From assembly GCA_010093995.1 (NCBI GenBank), contig ML992515.1:301533-365532 (forward strand): DNA of 64,000 bases. Direction: 5' to 3'. This document shows, piece by piece, positions 1 to 11,407 of this stretch. Each line of letters opens with the position of its first letter. The first letter of the stretch is position 1. This DNA is from Elsinoe ampelina (lineage: Eukaryota). Below the pieces are notes generated by a model. That model made no database searches. It saw only the letters and a list, made by a program, of their open reading frames with translations, and was not told the origin of the DNA. The position numbers and the translations under genes were made by a program.

Positions 1-202
1 AGTTCGTGGAGCAAGGAGAGCTTCATCTCCGATGTCCATCACCCCTCCAACATTCCTTGCTTGACGTGCATTGTGCAAGCAAATTTGCTCCGACAATGGC
101 AAATGACACCTTGCCATCTCCTGGACAGATCTCGATACGCCGACAAAGCCATCACCGGCCACGGTAGCGATTATAGCGCGACCTCCATCCGCGGTATCCA
201 AC

Positions 203-3200
203 ATGGTCCTCAGCCATCCTCTGCGGAAGGTGCTGCTCGCCCTTGCGAACGTCCTCATACCGATAGCCTGTCTGGTCTTTGCGACCGGCTTCTTCCCCTA
301 CAAGCCCCTCTTACCAGAGCTTGCGACATTCGAGGATCAAGATCACCTTGAAGAGCTGAGACTTTTGACGGAGAAGAGCAACAATGGGGCATTGGTGGCA
401 GCGAGGCCGGCAAGACTCTTTGACAAGGTCATATTCATGGTCGTGGATGCTTTGAGGAGGTGAGTAAGAGAGCTCATCCGAGGACATGTGCTGGATGGAA
501 CATATGCAGCATTGGAAGAGCGTGAAGGGAAGGACGTCGAGCAGGGACAGCTCGCTGACTGGCCATAGTGACTTCGTATACGGCGAACACTCTGGCTTCG
601 AGTTCGTGCAGAGGTAAGCAGCATACGTGACAACCTGCTAACCGAAGACTGACCAGCGACAGCCTCATCAGAGATGGCGGGGCATATCCCTTCACAGCTC
701 ATGCAGCAGCACCAACGGTGACCATGCCCCGAGTGAAAGCTCTGACTACTGGATCTGTGCCATCGTTTGCGGACCTCATCCTGAACTTGGACGAATCCGA
801 CACCTCGTCCTCCCTTGCCCATCAAGATACGTGGCTGGCGCAGATCCGACAGCATCTGTACGAGGTTCACAGTGATGAGCCGGGCATTGGCAAGATCGCC
901 TTCTATGGTGACGACACATGGCTGAAGCTCTTTCCCGACTTCTTTGCCACCCATGATGGGACCAGCAGCTTCTTTGTCTCGGTTAGTGACTCCTTGGGAA
1001 GCTCCTCGACTGCTCCACTGTGGCGATTTCGTTCGTCATGTCTGCCCAAGTACATAGCTGAATGTATGTATAGGACTTTACAGAAGTTGACAACAATGTC
1101 ACCCGGCATCTCCCTTCTGCATTGAAATCTCAAAAGTGGGATGCCATGATCATGCACTATCTTGGTCTTGATCACATTGGCCACAAAACCGGGCCGCAAG
1201 GACCAAACATGCTTCCGAAGCAGAGAGAAATGGATGGCATCGTCGAGCAGATCTACCGGGCCATGGAGACGGAACCACACCTCAAGGACACTATTCTGGT
1301 CCTTGCAGGTGATCATGGCATGAATTCCGCCGGCAATCATGGAGGATCAGCAGAAGGTGAGACAAGTACTGCTCTCGTCTTTGCCAGCCCCAAGCTTCAA
1401 AGGCGGTCGAGGGTTACCAAACGGAAGGCTTTGTCTGCTCCGATACAGCCAAAGCCAGGCACCGAGTTCGACTACTACCGAAAGGTGCAGCAACCTGATC
1501 TGGTCCCCACGCTCTCAGCTCTTCTGGACGTACCCATCCCGAAGAACAGTCTTGGTATCATCATTCCTGATCTTCTGGATCTTTACTCGGACAACGTATT
1601 GAAAAGCATGAAGAACCCTTACCTCCAACTTCTGTACCGCAATTCTCTGCAAATGCTGGAGATTGTCAAGGCGACATATGGTGCGGACGAGTTCAAGGGT
1701 CTAGCAGGACGGAGTATGAAGATGGAGAAGTGCACCTTTGGCTGGGAAGGTAGAATGCAACTCCAATGTCTTTGGGGCAGGGCTCAAAGAATGATTCTTG
1801 GGGCTTCTATTGATGGTCGATTCACGATCAAGCAGCAGGCACAAGCTTTGCAAGATGTAAGCATGCGACCCCGCCGAGCATAGGTCTTATACTGACGACA
1901 GCAGTTCCTAAAAGAGGCTCAGAACACCTTGAGCGCTACCGCAAGCAGCTACAATGTCCTGCGACTTATCAGTGGTATTGCGTTGGCGATGACGGCGAGT
2001 ATTGCATCCTTCTACTTGATCCGGTCGTTGGGCATGGGTCCGGCCACCATTGGCTTTTCCCTGCTGACAACACTTTACGGCATTATGATGTTTGCTTCCA
2101 GCTACGTTGAGGAAGAACAACATATCTGGTACTGGGCCGCACCAGCATGGCTAGCTGTCCTGGTCGTGCTGCGCTTGCGGCAGACGTCGATGCCTCTCGC
2201 CAGTGGCATCTGCGGCCTGCTTCTCCTTGTTCTGCACAGGATTGCGAACAGATGGAACCAGACGGGTCAAAAGCATGCCGGGGCACCTGACATTGCTCGC
2301 AATATCCTGCCTCGATTCACTGAGCTTCTCTGGCTCTTTGCTTTCAACGCATATGCTTTTTCGGCCTCCAGCCTCACAGGAACGACTCTGCATGGTATCT
2401 TCTCAAGACTGCTGTCCTTCGCATTGTTCGCTGCGTTGGTAGTGTCAGGACTCATATTCAAATTCAATTTCACAAGAGCAGATGCGCCAGAATTGATCGG
2501 ACCCGGTAACAAGCTTACCAACTATTTGACAAGCTTCATCACTGGAAACGACCTCGTATTTCAAGCACGAATCGTGTTTGGTCTGCTCGGTCTGCTGTTG
2601 GTATCAACTTTGGCTGGTCATTCTGCACAAGCGCACCAAGGTCAAACCAGCCGTGTACGGCTTGTGCAGCGTCTCAGACCTCTTCTGAGTGTTTTACTGC
2701 TTACACAGAACCGGACGACCAATCTTCCGTTGTTCCTGCTATACAGTGCTGAGTATGTTCTTCTGAGGCACATCCTCCTGGACGCCAGACCGCCGGTCGA
2801 GGTCATTGAAGGGGCGAAGTTCATCTCCAAACTCTTCCCAAGCAATACGGCAGCTGTCTCGCACTCCATTCTCACCTCTCGCGGAAATGCCGGAAAGACA
2901 GCGAACAAGATCGCCCTGACAATACTCTTGCTCACCTACGCTTCATTCTTCCAGCTCGGGAACAGTAACGCCATCTCCTCCATCGATCTCAGTCAAGCTT
3001 ACAATGGCATCTCCAGCTACAACGTCACGGCAGTAGGAACCCTTCTCTTCCTTTCCAACTGGGCGGGACCAATCTGGTGGACCACAGCAGGTATATCTTT
3101 GCTCCACGAAGCACAGGACCAACAGCGACAGACATCTCACAGCCCCGCTTTATCCGAACTAAGTGAAGAGCAGACTCAAACAAAGTCCGCCTCGATCAGC

Positions 3201-3617
3201 GCAGTAGATCAGCTTGACGAGCTCATTGACGATGCCCTCACCCCAACTGTCAGCGGCAACAAAGACAAGACACTTAGCAAGCGCAAAGCGCGCAAGAGCA
3301 GACCATCTCTCGACCTCACGACTCCTCCACCTCGTCCGTCCCCACCACGTACGATCTCCAGCTTGTTCGTCGAGCCCTCGTCCAGGGCAGGGGAGGAAGT
3401 AGAACCAGACTCTGCGTACCAGCAGTACCTCACCATGACGACCTTCTTCACGGCAGCGAGTTTAGCGGCAACTATGCTGTCGTGCACAATCTTGAGGACA
3501 CATCTGTTCATTTGGACAGTGTTCAGCCCAAAGTATCTGTACGCCGTGGCGTGGGCTATTGGGTGGCATTTGGTGGTCAATGTGGTATGGGCAGGGAGTT
3601 TATGGGCTGTGGGATGA
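203..3617 (+). CDS. GPI7: GPI ethanolamine phosphate transferase 2 (PIG-G/Gpi7 family); exons 203-459, 569-613, 663-981, 1074-1856, 1905-3617
   Basis: Spliced translation gives VIFMVVDALRSDF, PTVTMPRVKALTTGS, YGDDTWLKLFP, DFTEVDNNVTRH, HYLGLDHIGH, GDHGM (alkaline-phosphatase-fold domain), then multi-TM C-terminus with GNSNAISSIDLSQAYNG and LRTHLFIWTVFSPKYLY. GT..AG introns keep frame. Confidence 0.93.
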
Positions 3618-3876
3618 GAGAGATCATGTCACCGAGCGAGGACAAGGGAAATGAAATAGTAGAAGAACAGGGATGCATTCAATGCAATGAAAAATTACCA
3701 CTTCCACCAATCCTGACATCCCCCAGCGCGCTCGCATATCCTTCTCGTACTCCTCTATCCCTGCACCGTCGTCATCAAGCCCCCATTGGCCTCCCCAGCA
3801 AGCCCTGGAGCCATTCCCCCATTCTTTTGCAGAATCCCGACCACCTCCTACTTCCCTCATCTCCCTGCTCCTCCCC

Positions 3877-5076
3877 TCATCTCCCTGCTCCCCCCTTCCT
3901 CCCCCTCTCCCTCCCCTCCACAACAGAATACCCCCAAATCCCCCCCAACGCCACGCCCACCCCCCACGCCGCCCTCCCATCCCCCATCCCCCCACCCAAC
4001 CCCCACCCCACGCCCACGACCCCGACCGTCTTCGCGTGCCCAACGACCGTACTCCCCACCGGCCCCGCCCCCGCCACGATGGCGAACTGGGAGAGATTAA
4101 TCCCCACCGCGCACAGTCCACTGACGCCGATCAGGAGCCATTGCCGGGACGACACGGCGGCGAAGGGGGGGAGGGCGTCGATCCAGGGGACGAGCCAGAG
4201 GAGGAGGAGGCCGCCGAGGAGGGACTGGCGGTGGAGGAGCTGCGTGGGGGATTGGTGGAGGGAGAGCGTGAAGTGGGAGATGAAGAGGGTGTAGATGGAG
4301 CTTGCTAGGACGCCGGTCAGGGCGAACAAGGCGCCGAGGGGGGAGGTGGTGCGGGATGTGGTCGGGGAGGGTGGGGTTGGGCTGGATGAGGTGCTGCTCC
4401 AGGGACGGTAGACGAAGAGGCCTTGTGGGAGGGAGGGGTCGGGTTGAGCGGAGGGAGAGGGTCGGACGTCGAAGTAGGTCAGCCAGGCGACGCCGAGGCA
4501 GACTGGGATTAAGGCGAGGATGGCGGGACGGGAGAGGGAGCGGGAGTAGAGGAGGTAGTTGAGGATGGCGGTGCAGGGGGTTAGGAGGACGCGGACGGTT
4601 TGGTAGAAGGTGATGGAGGAGTGGGCGAGGGAGAGATTGGGGAGGAGGACGTTGAGGGACATGGCGATCGCGACGGGGAGGAGGGAGCGGAGTGGTGGAG
4701 AGGGGGAGCGAGTGAAGAGGCCGATGCGGGAATTGGAGCAGATGTGGAGGGTGATATGAGTGAGGAGGAAGTGGTAGGCGGCGAAGAGGAGTTGGGTTCG
4801 CGCGAGGAGAGGGTCGGACAGGAGGAGCTTGTTGGTGAAGACCTTGGGGATTTAGCTTGGGTCTAGAAGGTGTGAGGGAGAACAAACGATGGCGATAGTC
4901 GCGAGAATGTTGAGAGCTATCCAAAACACGAGCTTGCCAGTGGTGGATGGGGTTGTGGTGGTTTGCTGAAGAGGTACGGTCCCAATATCCGGCTCCTTCT
5001 CCAGTGCTAGGAGTGGCCCAGATTCGAGATCAGAGCCGGTATAGATCTCGGTCTCGCTCGATTTGCGGTCGTCCAT
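3877..5076 (-). CDS. Nucleotide-sugar transporter (triose-phosphate translocator / SLC35E-like); exons 5076-4888, 4842-3877
   Basis: Spliced translation WIALNILATIAIVFTNK...FAAYHF...NVLLPNLSLAHSSITFYQ...RVLLTP...INLSQFAIVAGAGPVGSTVVGHAKT. Multi-TM TPT/NST pattern. Intron gtttgt..ccccaag. Confidence 0.85.
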
Positions 5077-5344
5077 AGTGACAATATTGATTGTGGTTGT
5101 GTGAGACTTCCGGACGACTCAGACGTACTGATCGCAGGCCTCATCACATACTTGGAGAGGTCGAAGGAGGCTCCCTCATCTCAGCCAGGAATCTGTCGAG
5201 GCAAGGGACGCCACATTCCACAATCTTGCCAAAGGTCTTTTGCGTTGATGAAAATTCGAGCGAGAGGGTGACATGTCAGGGGAAGGTACCAGAAGAGAAT
5301 TCATTCGTCAGTATAGAAGCGGTTGTGAACGCTCGGCGTCAGTC

Positions 5345-6553
5345 TCAAGCCTCGACAGTGAACCATCCAGACCACAGGGACGACAAGTTCCATGCACCGT
5401 CATTCTTCGAAGCACCAGTACCGGCAGGAGTCTCGAGCTTCAGTATCTCGTCTTGCTGCCTCTCCTCGATACTATCTGGACTTGGTGGCTCTGGGAATGG
5501 CGTGAGTCTGCTCTCGATGTCTCCCCACCATTCTGATCCGAATCGCTTGTACCAGTCCACAGTGACGCGGAGGCCGTCCTCAAAGCTCGTCTTCTGCTGC
5601 CAACCAAGCTTGTTGAGGCGAGATCCGTCGACAGCGTAGCGGTGGTCATTGAATGGTCTGTCCTGAACGTGCGTGATATACTTCTGCCGTTGATCGCCTT
5701 CACAATCATGCCCAAAGAGCTGCAGAAGCTTCGTGCACAATTCCAGGTTCGAAATCTCGTCTCTAGAACCCACGTTGTAGATGTGCCCCTCCTCGCCCTT
5801 GTGCAGGATGGTATCAAAAGCATCTGCTGCGTCTCCTGCGTACAAATATCGTCTTGTGTTTGTTCCACTCCCGTGGAGCGTCAAAGGCATCCCTCTTTGT
5901 AGAAGAAGAGAGAATTTGGGAATAATCTTCTCTGGATACTGATGTGGTCCGTAGACATTGTTGCTGCGAACGATGATGGCTGGAAGGCCCCAGGACTTGC
6001 GGTAGGCATGGACTTGCTGCTCGGCTGCAGCCTTTGACGCTGCGTAAGGGTTGGTGGGCTCGAGCAGAGCATTCTCGAACAAATCACTCTGATCGTCTCT
6101 GACTTCGCCGTACACTTCGTCCGTTGAGACATGGATGAACTTTTTGACCCGGCCATATTTCCGGACACACTCCAACATCATGTGAGTTCCGCAGACATTC
6201 GTGTATGTGAACTCCAGGGAGTTTCCGAAGGAAAGATCGACATGAGACTGTGCTGCGAAATGCATGACGGTGTCCACTCGGTAGGTTCGGAGGCAATCAA
6301 GTACATCTTGAGCGTTTGTGATGTCACCTTTGTAGAAGGAGAAGTTTGGGCGACCTGCAAGCTGAGCATTGTTGTGCCAGGTAGCACAGTAGTCAAGCTT
6401 GTCAAAGGAGATGATGTGGTACGTCGGGTACGTGATTGTCAGGTGCCTAGCTACCCATGATCCAATGAAGCCGGCAGCTCCAGTGATCATGATGCTTTTC
6501 GTCTCGTCGTTTGAGTCGTGACGGGACTGGCCCAGGAGTAGTGGTGCCTCCAT
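5345..6553 (-). CDS. UDP-glucose 4,6-dehydratase (RmlB/RHM N-terminal type), first step of NDP-rhamnose synthesis
   Basis: Single-exon 402 aa extended SDR: ITGAAGFIG, DKLDYC, HFAAQSHVDLSFGNS, HVSTDEVYG, PTNPYAASK, NNVYGPHQYPEKIIPKF, DRPFNDHRY. Confidence 0.95.
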   Translation of the reverse strand: MEAPLLLGQSRHDSNDETKSIMITGAAGFIGSWVARHLTITYPTYHIISFDKLDYCATWHNNAQLAGRPNFSFYKGDITNAQDVLDCLRTYRVDTVMHFAAQSHVDLSFGNSLEFTYTNVCGTHMMLECVRKYGRVKKFIHVSTDEVYGEVRDDQSDLFENALLEPTNPYAASKAAAEQQVHAYRKSWGLPAIIVRSNNVYGPHQYPEKIIPKFSLLLQRGMPLTLHGSGTNTRRYLYAGDAADAFDTILHKGEEGHIYNVGSRDEISNLELCTKLLQLFGHDCEGDQRQKYITHVQDRPFNDHRYAVDGSRLNKLGWQQKTSFEDGLRVTVDWYKRFGSEWWGDIESRLTPFPEPPSPDSIEERQQDEILKLETPAGTGASKNDGAWNLSSLWSGWFTVEA

Positions 6554-7155
6554 CCATATTGGTTGATGGGGCAGAAGAGCTGGCCCGATTAGCTGAAGTC
6601 TTCATCACGGTCTGAGGCCTGCTCACACTCTTCGTCCGGGTTTTCGACGAATGGCATGGCGGGAGATGATCCTCGATGAGTCCAGAGGGAATGGATGGAC
6701 TTGGATGCAGAGAGTCATCCTGAGAGTGTTGCACCTGTCGAATACCAAGGTTTAAGATGCCATGCAAGGGATTCAAGCTGGAATGTCTTTTTGAGGGGAT
6801 GATGCGCTCCCTTGCCGCCTTGATACCATGTCGCGATCTCGTCACTCGGTGGATCTGTCCCTTGATTGCCATGATGCACCTGTGAAGGACGGAGAACGTC
6901 TTGGTAGAGAGCATGAGTGATTACCAGCCTCGACCGTTCATTCTTGTCCTGCAGCCTTTGCGATGATGATGCCGCCTCTGGAGGTGAGCCTTGCATGAAA
7001 TGAATCATACCATCTGTAAGTGCAAGTGAGATCCACACCTTGATGGCGACCTTGCGTGATTTGCTTGGCCATCTGATAGCTATATCATGAGCCTTTATTT
7101 CCATCCCCTGATTTTCAGGAGAGAATTCTGGTCTTGCATCTCTCCAATTGTCAAC

Positions 7156-8104
7156 ATGAGTTCGGCGTCTAATATTTTCCTCATTTGGGGCGGTCGTGGA
7201 TGGATCGCTGGCCACCTCAAGACCCTCCTCCAGAAACAAGGCAAGGCCGTCCTGACCACAACAGTACGAATGGAGGACCGCGTAGCAGTCACTAAGACCC
7301 TCGACGAGATCAAGCCGACCTGGGTTCTCAACTGCGCCGGCTGCACTGGCCGTCCTAACGTGGACTGGTGCGAAGACAACAAGCAAGAGACCGTTCGCAC
7401 GAACGTGACCGGGACCCTTACCCTCGCCGACGTTTGCTACCTCAAAGGCATCCACATGACCAATTTTGCAACCGGCTGTGCGTCGTCATCCTAGATCTTC
7501 CTTCTCTCTTTGACTTCTGCTAGGCATTTACCAATACGATGACGAGCACCCCATGGGCGGGAAGACCTTCACCGAGACCTCGCCGGCCAACTTCGAAGGC
7601 TCATTCTACTCCTTCACCAAATCGCGGGCCGAGCAGTTATTGTCGCCTTACAACAATGTGCTCACTCTTCGCCTCCGTATGCCCGTGTCGGACGACTTGC
7701 ATCCGCGCAACTTTGTGACCAAAATCACAAAGTATGAGCGTGTCGTCGACATCCCGAACAGCAACTCGATCCTGTATGACCTCTTGCCCTGCGCCATCAT
7801 CCTCGCCGAGAACGGTACTACGGGGGTCTACAATTTTACCAATCCAGGAGCCATCTCACATAACGAGGTCTTGACCATGTTCAGGGATATCGTCAGACCG
7901 GACTTTGTGTGGAAGAATTTTTCCTTGGAAGAGCAGAGCAAGATCCTCAAGGCGGGCAGGAGCAATTGCGAGCTTGACGCCACCAAATTGGTTGAGGAGA
8001 TGAAGAGATATCACGTTGAGATACCAGAGATCCATGAGGCGTGTAGGAGGTGTTTCGAGAGAATGGCGGCTGGGGAGAGGCAGGCTGTTGTCGGTGCCGC
8101 TTAA
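7156..8104 (+). CDS. UDP-4-keto-6-deoxyglucose 3,5-epimerase/4-reductase (NRS/ER); exons 7156-7477, 7524-8104
   Basis: FLIWGGRGWIAG, GCTGRPNVDWCEDNKQET, ATGCIYQYD (across intron gtgcgt..ctag), ANFEGSFYSFTK, LRLRMPVSDDLHPRNFVTKI, YNFTNPGAISHNEVL, RSNCELD. Confidence 0.95.
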
Positions 8105-8223
8105 AATAGTCTCTTGAACACGATGTAGCATGTCAGTCTCCGGAATGCAATCTCAGCTCTTGTCTGGCTTCGCTCGTGCGAACATGCTGTAGTGACAAGA
8201 ATGCTTGTATTTTCTGTCGTCTA

Positions 8224-9510
8224 TCAATCGCCGTAAAGCCGTCTGTGCTCCTGCTTGGGTAAAACTGGTCGTCTCAGAGCCTTCAAGCAGTATCCATTAA
8301 CTGGCTTGGAATCGTCACACTTGCAATTACATCCTACGCCGTCGTCATCCGGACAATGCTGAAATGGTGGATGCTTGTAGCCGATGTCCTGGAAGTAATG
8401 GATCTGCTCAGCTTCCAGGAACATGGCCACTGCTAAGCTGTGCACTGGCGCATCGCCCCATCGTTCTAAGTGTGTCCCTCCTAGGTTGTCTAAATGCTTG
8501 AAGTAGTCTCTGTATGCTTTCGATCTGAAAACGTCAAGATCTGCAATTTCGAAATTGGACCAGAAATGGCAGGAGCTCCATCCATCGCCATAGCGATCCT
8601 TGCTCGGCCAGAATGGCAGGATGAAGCGCCGGAACGGCCACGGAGCCCAGCTCGACTCGAACATGGCGTTCCACATGCCGCGATCCGGTATACCGTGTTT
8701 TTCCTTGAAGTCCGTCGTTGCCCTGAAGAGGGTAGGCACCAGAGATCCGACCTCCCATAGCGCGACAGTGTAGCCATATTTCTGGTTTCTTGAAGCCATC
8801 TCGTGAAAGGGATCGTAGGTGATATCACAGCTGAAGGTGACGCCGGGCTCGACTCGCCAGTACCACTTGTAGGGCTCAAGAGCAGGATGGTCGTAGAAGA
8901 AGCCAGAGTTGAAACGGCACATGTGGTGGTAGCTTGCTTTCTGGACGTGTGTTCCCTCGACGAATTCCTGGGTCATGCCGTTGGCGTAGCGGTCCCATGT
9001 CGACATGGCTTTGGTTTTTGCCTTCTTGTCGAAGCGATCAGGCCAGTCCCACATCTCTGGAGGGATGTTGGCGAACGTGACATTTGTGTTCGGGCTCAAT
9101 GCTGCTTGGATCTTTGTCTTGAAGGCTTTCTCGAAGGGTTGGTCATTCAGGAAGACCCATGGATAGTTGAAATGTTTGTTGAAGCGGGCTTCCAGATTGC
9201 GAACTGTCTTTGCGGCGGTATAGGCCTCGCTGTTACGTGCCAGCATGAACAGGGCAGCGGACTGGCGGGGAGTGTTGGAGGCATAGGAAGAGACATCCTG
9301 GCAGGTGGTGTAGAAGGGAGGATCCAGGGGCTTTGGTGGATCGGGTATAGGATGTGCGGTCTGAGCATGATGGTAGGGTTCTAGTATGAACAGGACGAAT
9401 ACAGAGAGTATTATGACAAGACCTGCTCGTCGTCTGCGGCGGAAGAGCACAGGAGGAACCAGGATGCTGGGAATGTTGAGCATGTTGCATGCTCGAGAGC
9501 GATATGTCAT
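8224..9510 (-). CDS. Glycosyltransferase family 15 (KRE2/MNT1/KTR family), type II Golgi membrane protein; start ATG 9510 or 9483
   Basis: Basic stretch plus TM (RRRRRAGLVIILSVFVLFIL), LARNSE, RFNKHFNYPWVFLND, SYHHMCRFNSGFFY, YWRVEP, CHFWSNFEIADL, ERWGDAPVHSLA. Confidence 0.92.
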   Translation of the reverse strand: MTYRSRACNMLNIPSILVPPVLFRRRRRAGLVIILSVFVLFILEPYHHAQTAHPIPDPPKPLDPPFYTTCQDVSSYASNTPRQSAALFMLARNSEAYTAAKTVRNLEARFNKHFNYPWVFLNDQPFEKAFKTKIQAALSPNTNVTFANIPPEMWDWPDRFDKKAKTKAMSTWDRYANGMTQEFVEGTHVQKASYHHMCRFNSGFFYDHPALEPYKWYWRVEPGVTFSCDITYDPFHEMASRNQKYGYTVALWEVGSLVPTLFRATTDFKEKHGIPDRGMWNAMFESSWAPWPFRRFILPFWPSKDRYGDGWSSCHFWSNFEIADLDVFRSKAYRDYFKHLDNLGGTHLERWGDAPVHSLAVAMFLEAEQIHYFQDIGYKHPPFQHCPDDDGVGCNCKCDDSKPVNGYCLKALRRPVLPKQEHRRLYGD

Positions 9511-9870
9511 CGGTCCATGATCAGGAGAATGTGAAAGACCTTTGCTGGTCTCGACAGGCTGTTCAAGGTCGAATTGGCCTGGGAGTGTCTTGTGAAGCTG
9601 CTCGCCTTGAGGAGATGAGGCTCTGCTGCTCGACACCCCACCTGAGTCATTCGTTTTGTTTATTGAACATCAACTGACTCTGATTAAGCTCGTCGGTTAT
9701 TCGGTAGCTCTCCCAGGGTTTCTCCCCAGAATTACATCGAGCCGCGGCACGCGGGGATGCTCCAGCAGATCCCAACTTCATCTGGAGCAAACGCCGTTCG
9801 CCTCGGACTCTTCTTTCTACAACAACACCTCACACTCGGATCATCCCACCTTCTCTACCTCTCTCTCACA

Positions 9871-11407
9871 ATGTCTGTCCCTTACAAGATCAAGAATGAC
9901 TTCTCAGAGAACCTCCTGGTCGGCGCCAATGGCCAGGCCAAGGCTTCTCAAAAGATTCCCCTCATTGCTCGCCCGTTCATGAGCGAGCGTGCCTTGAAGA
10001 CTCTGGATATTGTAAGTCTAGCTTTCTCAAGTACCCTGTATACACCGCTGACCAGCCACCAGGTCGAAAAGTTCGTCGAGGAAGAATGTATCCCTGCCGA
10101 CTCGGTCTACTTCCAGCAAATGCGAGAGACCGTACAAGAGCGATTCAACACACATCCAGCCATCATTGACGACCTCAAGAAGCGGGCTCAAGAGCTCGGT
10201 CTGTGGAATATGTTCCTTCCAAGAAACCACTTCAAGGAGGGTGCCGGCTTCAGCAATCTCGAGTATGGTCTCATGGCAGAATACCTCGGCAAGAGCAGGA
10301 CCGCAAGCGAAGTATGACAACCCTACCTCGGACATCAACCCTGTCTAATCTCCCCAGGCTTGCAATTGCGCGGCTCCAGATACTGGCAACATGGAAGTCC
10401 TCGCCAAGTACGGCAGCGAAGAGCAAAAGCGCAGATGGCTCGACCCCCTCCTCAGAGGTGAGATCCGCTCCGCCTTCCTCATGACCGAACCCGACATCGC
10501 TTCCTCCGACGCAACCAACATCGGCCTCTCCATCCGCCGCGACGGCGACTCCTACGTCCTCAACGGTCAAAAATGGTGGTCTTCCGGCGCCCCCGACACC
10601 CGCTGCAAAGTCTACATCACCATGGGCAAATCCGACCCCTCCAACCCCTCCCCCTACAAACAACAATCCGTCGTCCTCGTCCCCTCCGACACACCCGGCA
10701 TCACCATCCACCGCACCCTCGGCGTCTTCGGCTACGACGATGCTCCCCACGGCCACGGCCACCTCTCCTTCGACAACGTGCGCGTGCCCCTCTCCGCCAT
10801 CGTCCTCGGCGAAGGCCGCGGCTTCGAAATCATCCAAGGCCGCCTCGGGCCCGGGCGAATCCACCACGCCATGCGCTCCATCGGCGCCGCCGAAAAAGCC
10901 CTCGAGTACTTCCTCGCCCGCATCAACGACCCCCGCAAGAAACCCTTTGGCAAACTCCTCTCCGAGCACGGCGTCATGCTCGAACGCGTCGCCCGCTCCC
11001 GCATCGAGATCGACGCCGCCCGCCTCCAGGTCCTCAACGCGGCCATCACCATCGACACCAAAGACGCCAAGTTCGCCCTCAAGGAAATCGCAGAGGCAAA
11101 GGTCCTCATCCCCGCCATGGCCCTCACCGTCATCGACCGCGCGATCCAGGCCTACGGCGGCGCCGGCGTGAGTCAGGATACCCCGCTGGCCAACATGTAC
11201 GCGCAGGGCCGCACGATGAGGATCGTCGACGGGCCGGACGAGGTGCATTTGTTGCAGTTGGGGAGGAACGAGAATAAGCGAGGTCAGTTTTGTTTGGAAC
11301 GGATCGAGTGGCAGAAGAAGAGGGGGGAGGAGATGGGGAAGAAGTATGGTCTGCAGAAGAAGGATCCCTTGGCGTTGAATAGGGTGGCGGGGAAGAGTAA
11401 GTTGTAG
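9871..11407 (+). CDS. Acyl-CoA dehydrogenase (ACAD10/11-like), probably peroxisomal; exons 9871-10011, 10063-10311, 10358-11407
   Basis: [73 protein letters not shown]-terminal SKL is a PTS1. Confidence 0.93.

Noticed and set aside
3482..4924. Several Pro-, Arg- or Gly-rich ORFs overlapping the transporter
   Set aside because: Alternative-frame products of the C/G-skewed sequence; no recognisable domain.
6715..7455. 246-aa minus-strand ORF
   Set aside because: Antisense to NRS/ER exon 1 and the promoter; no family features.
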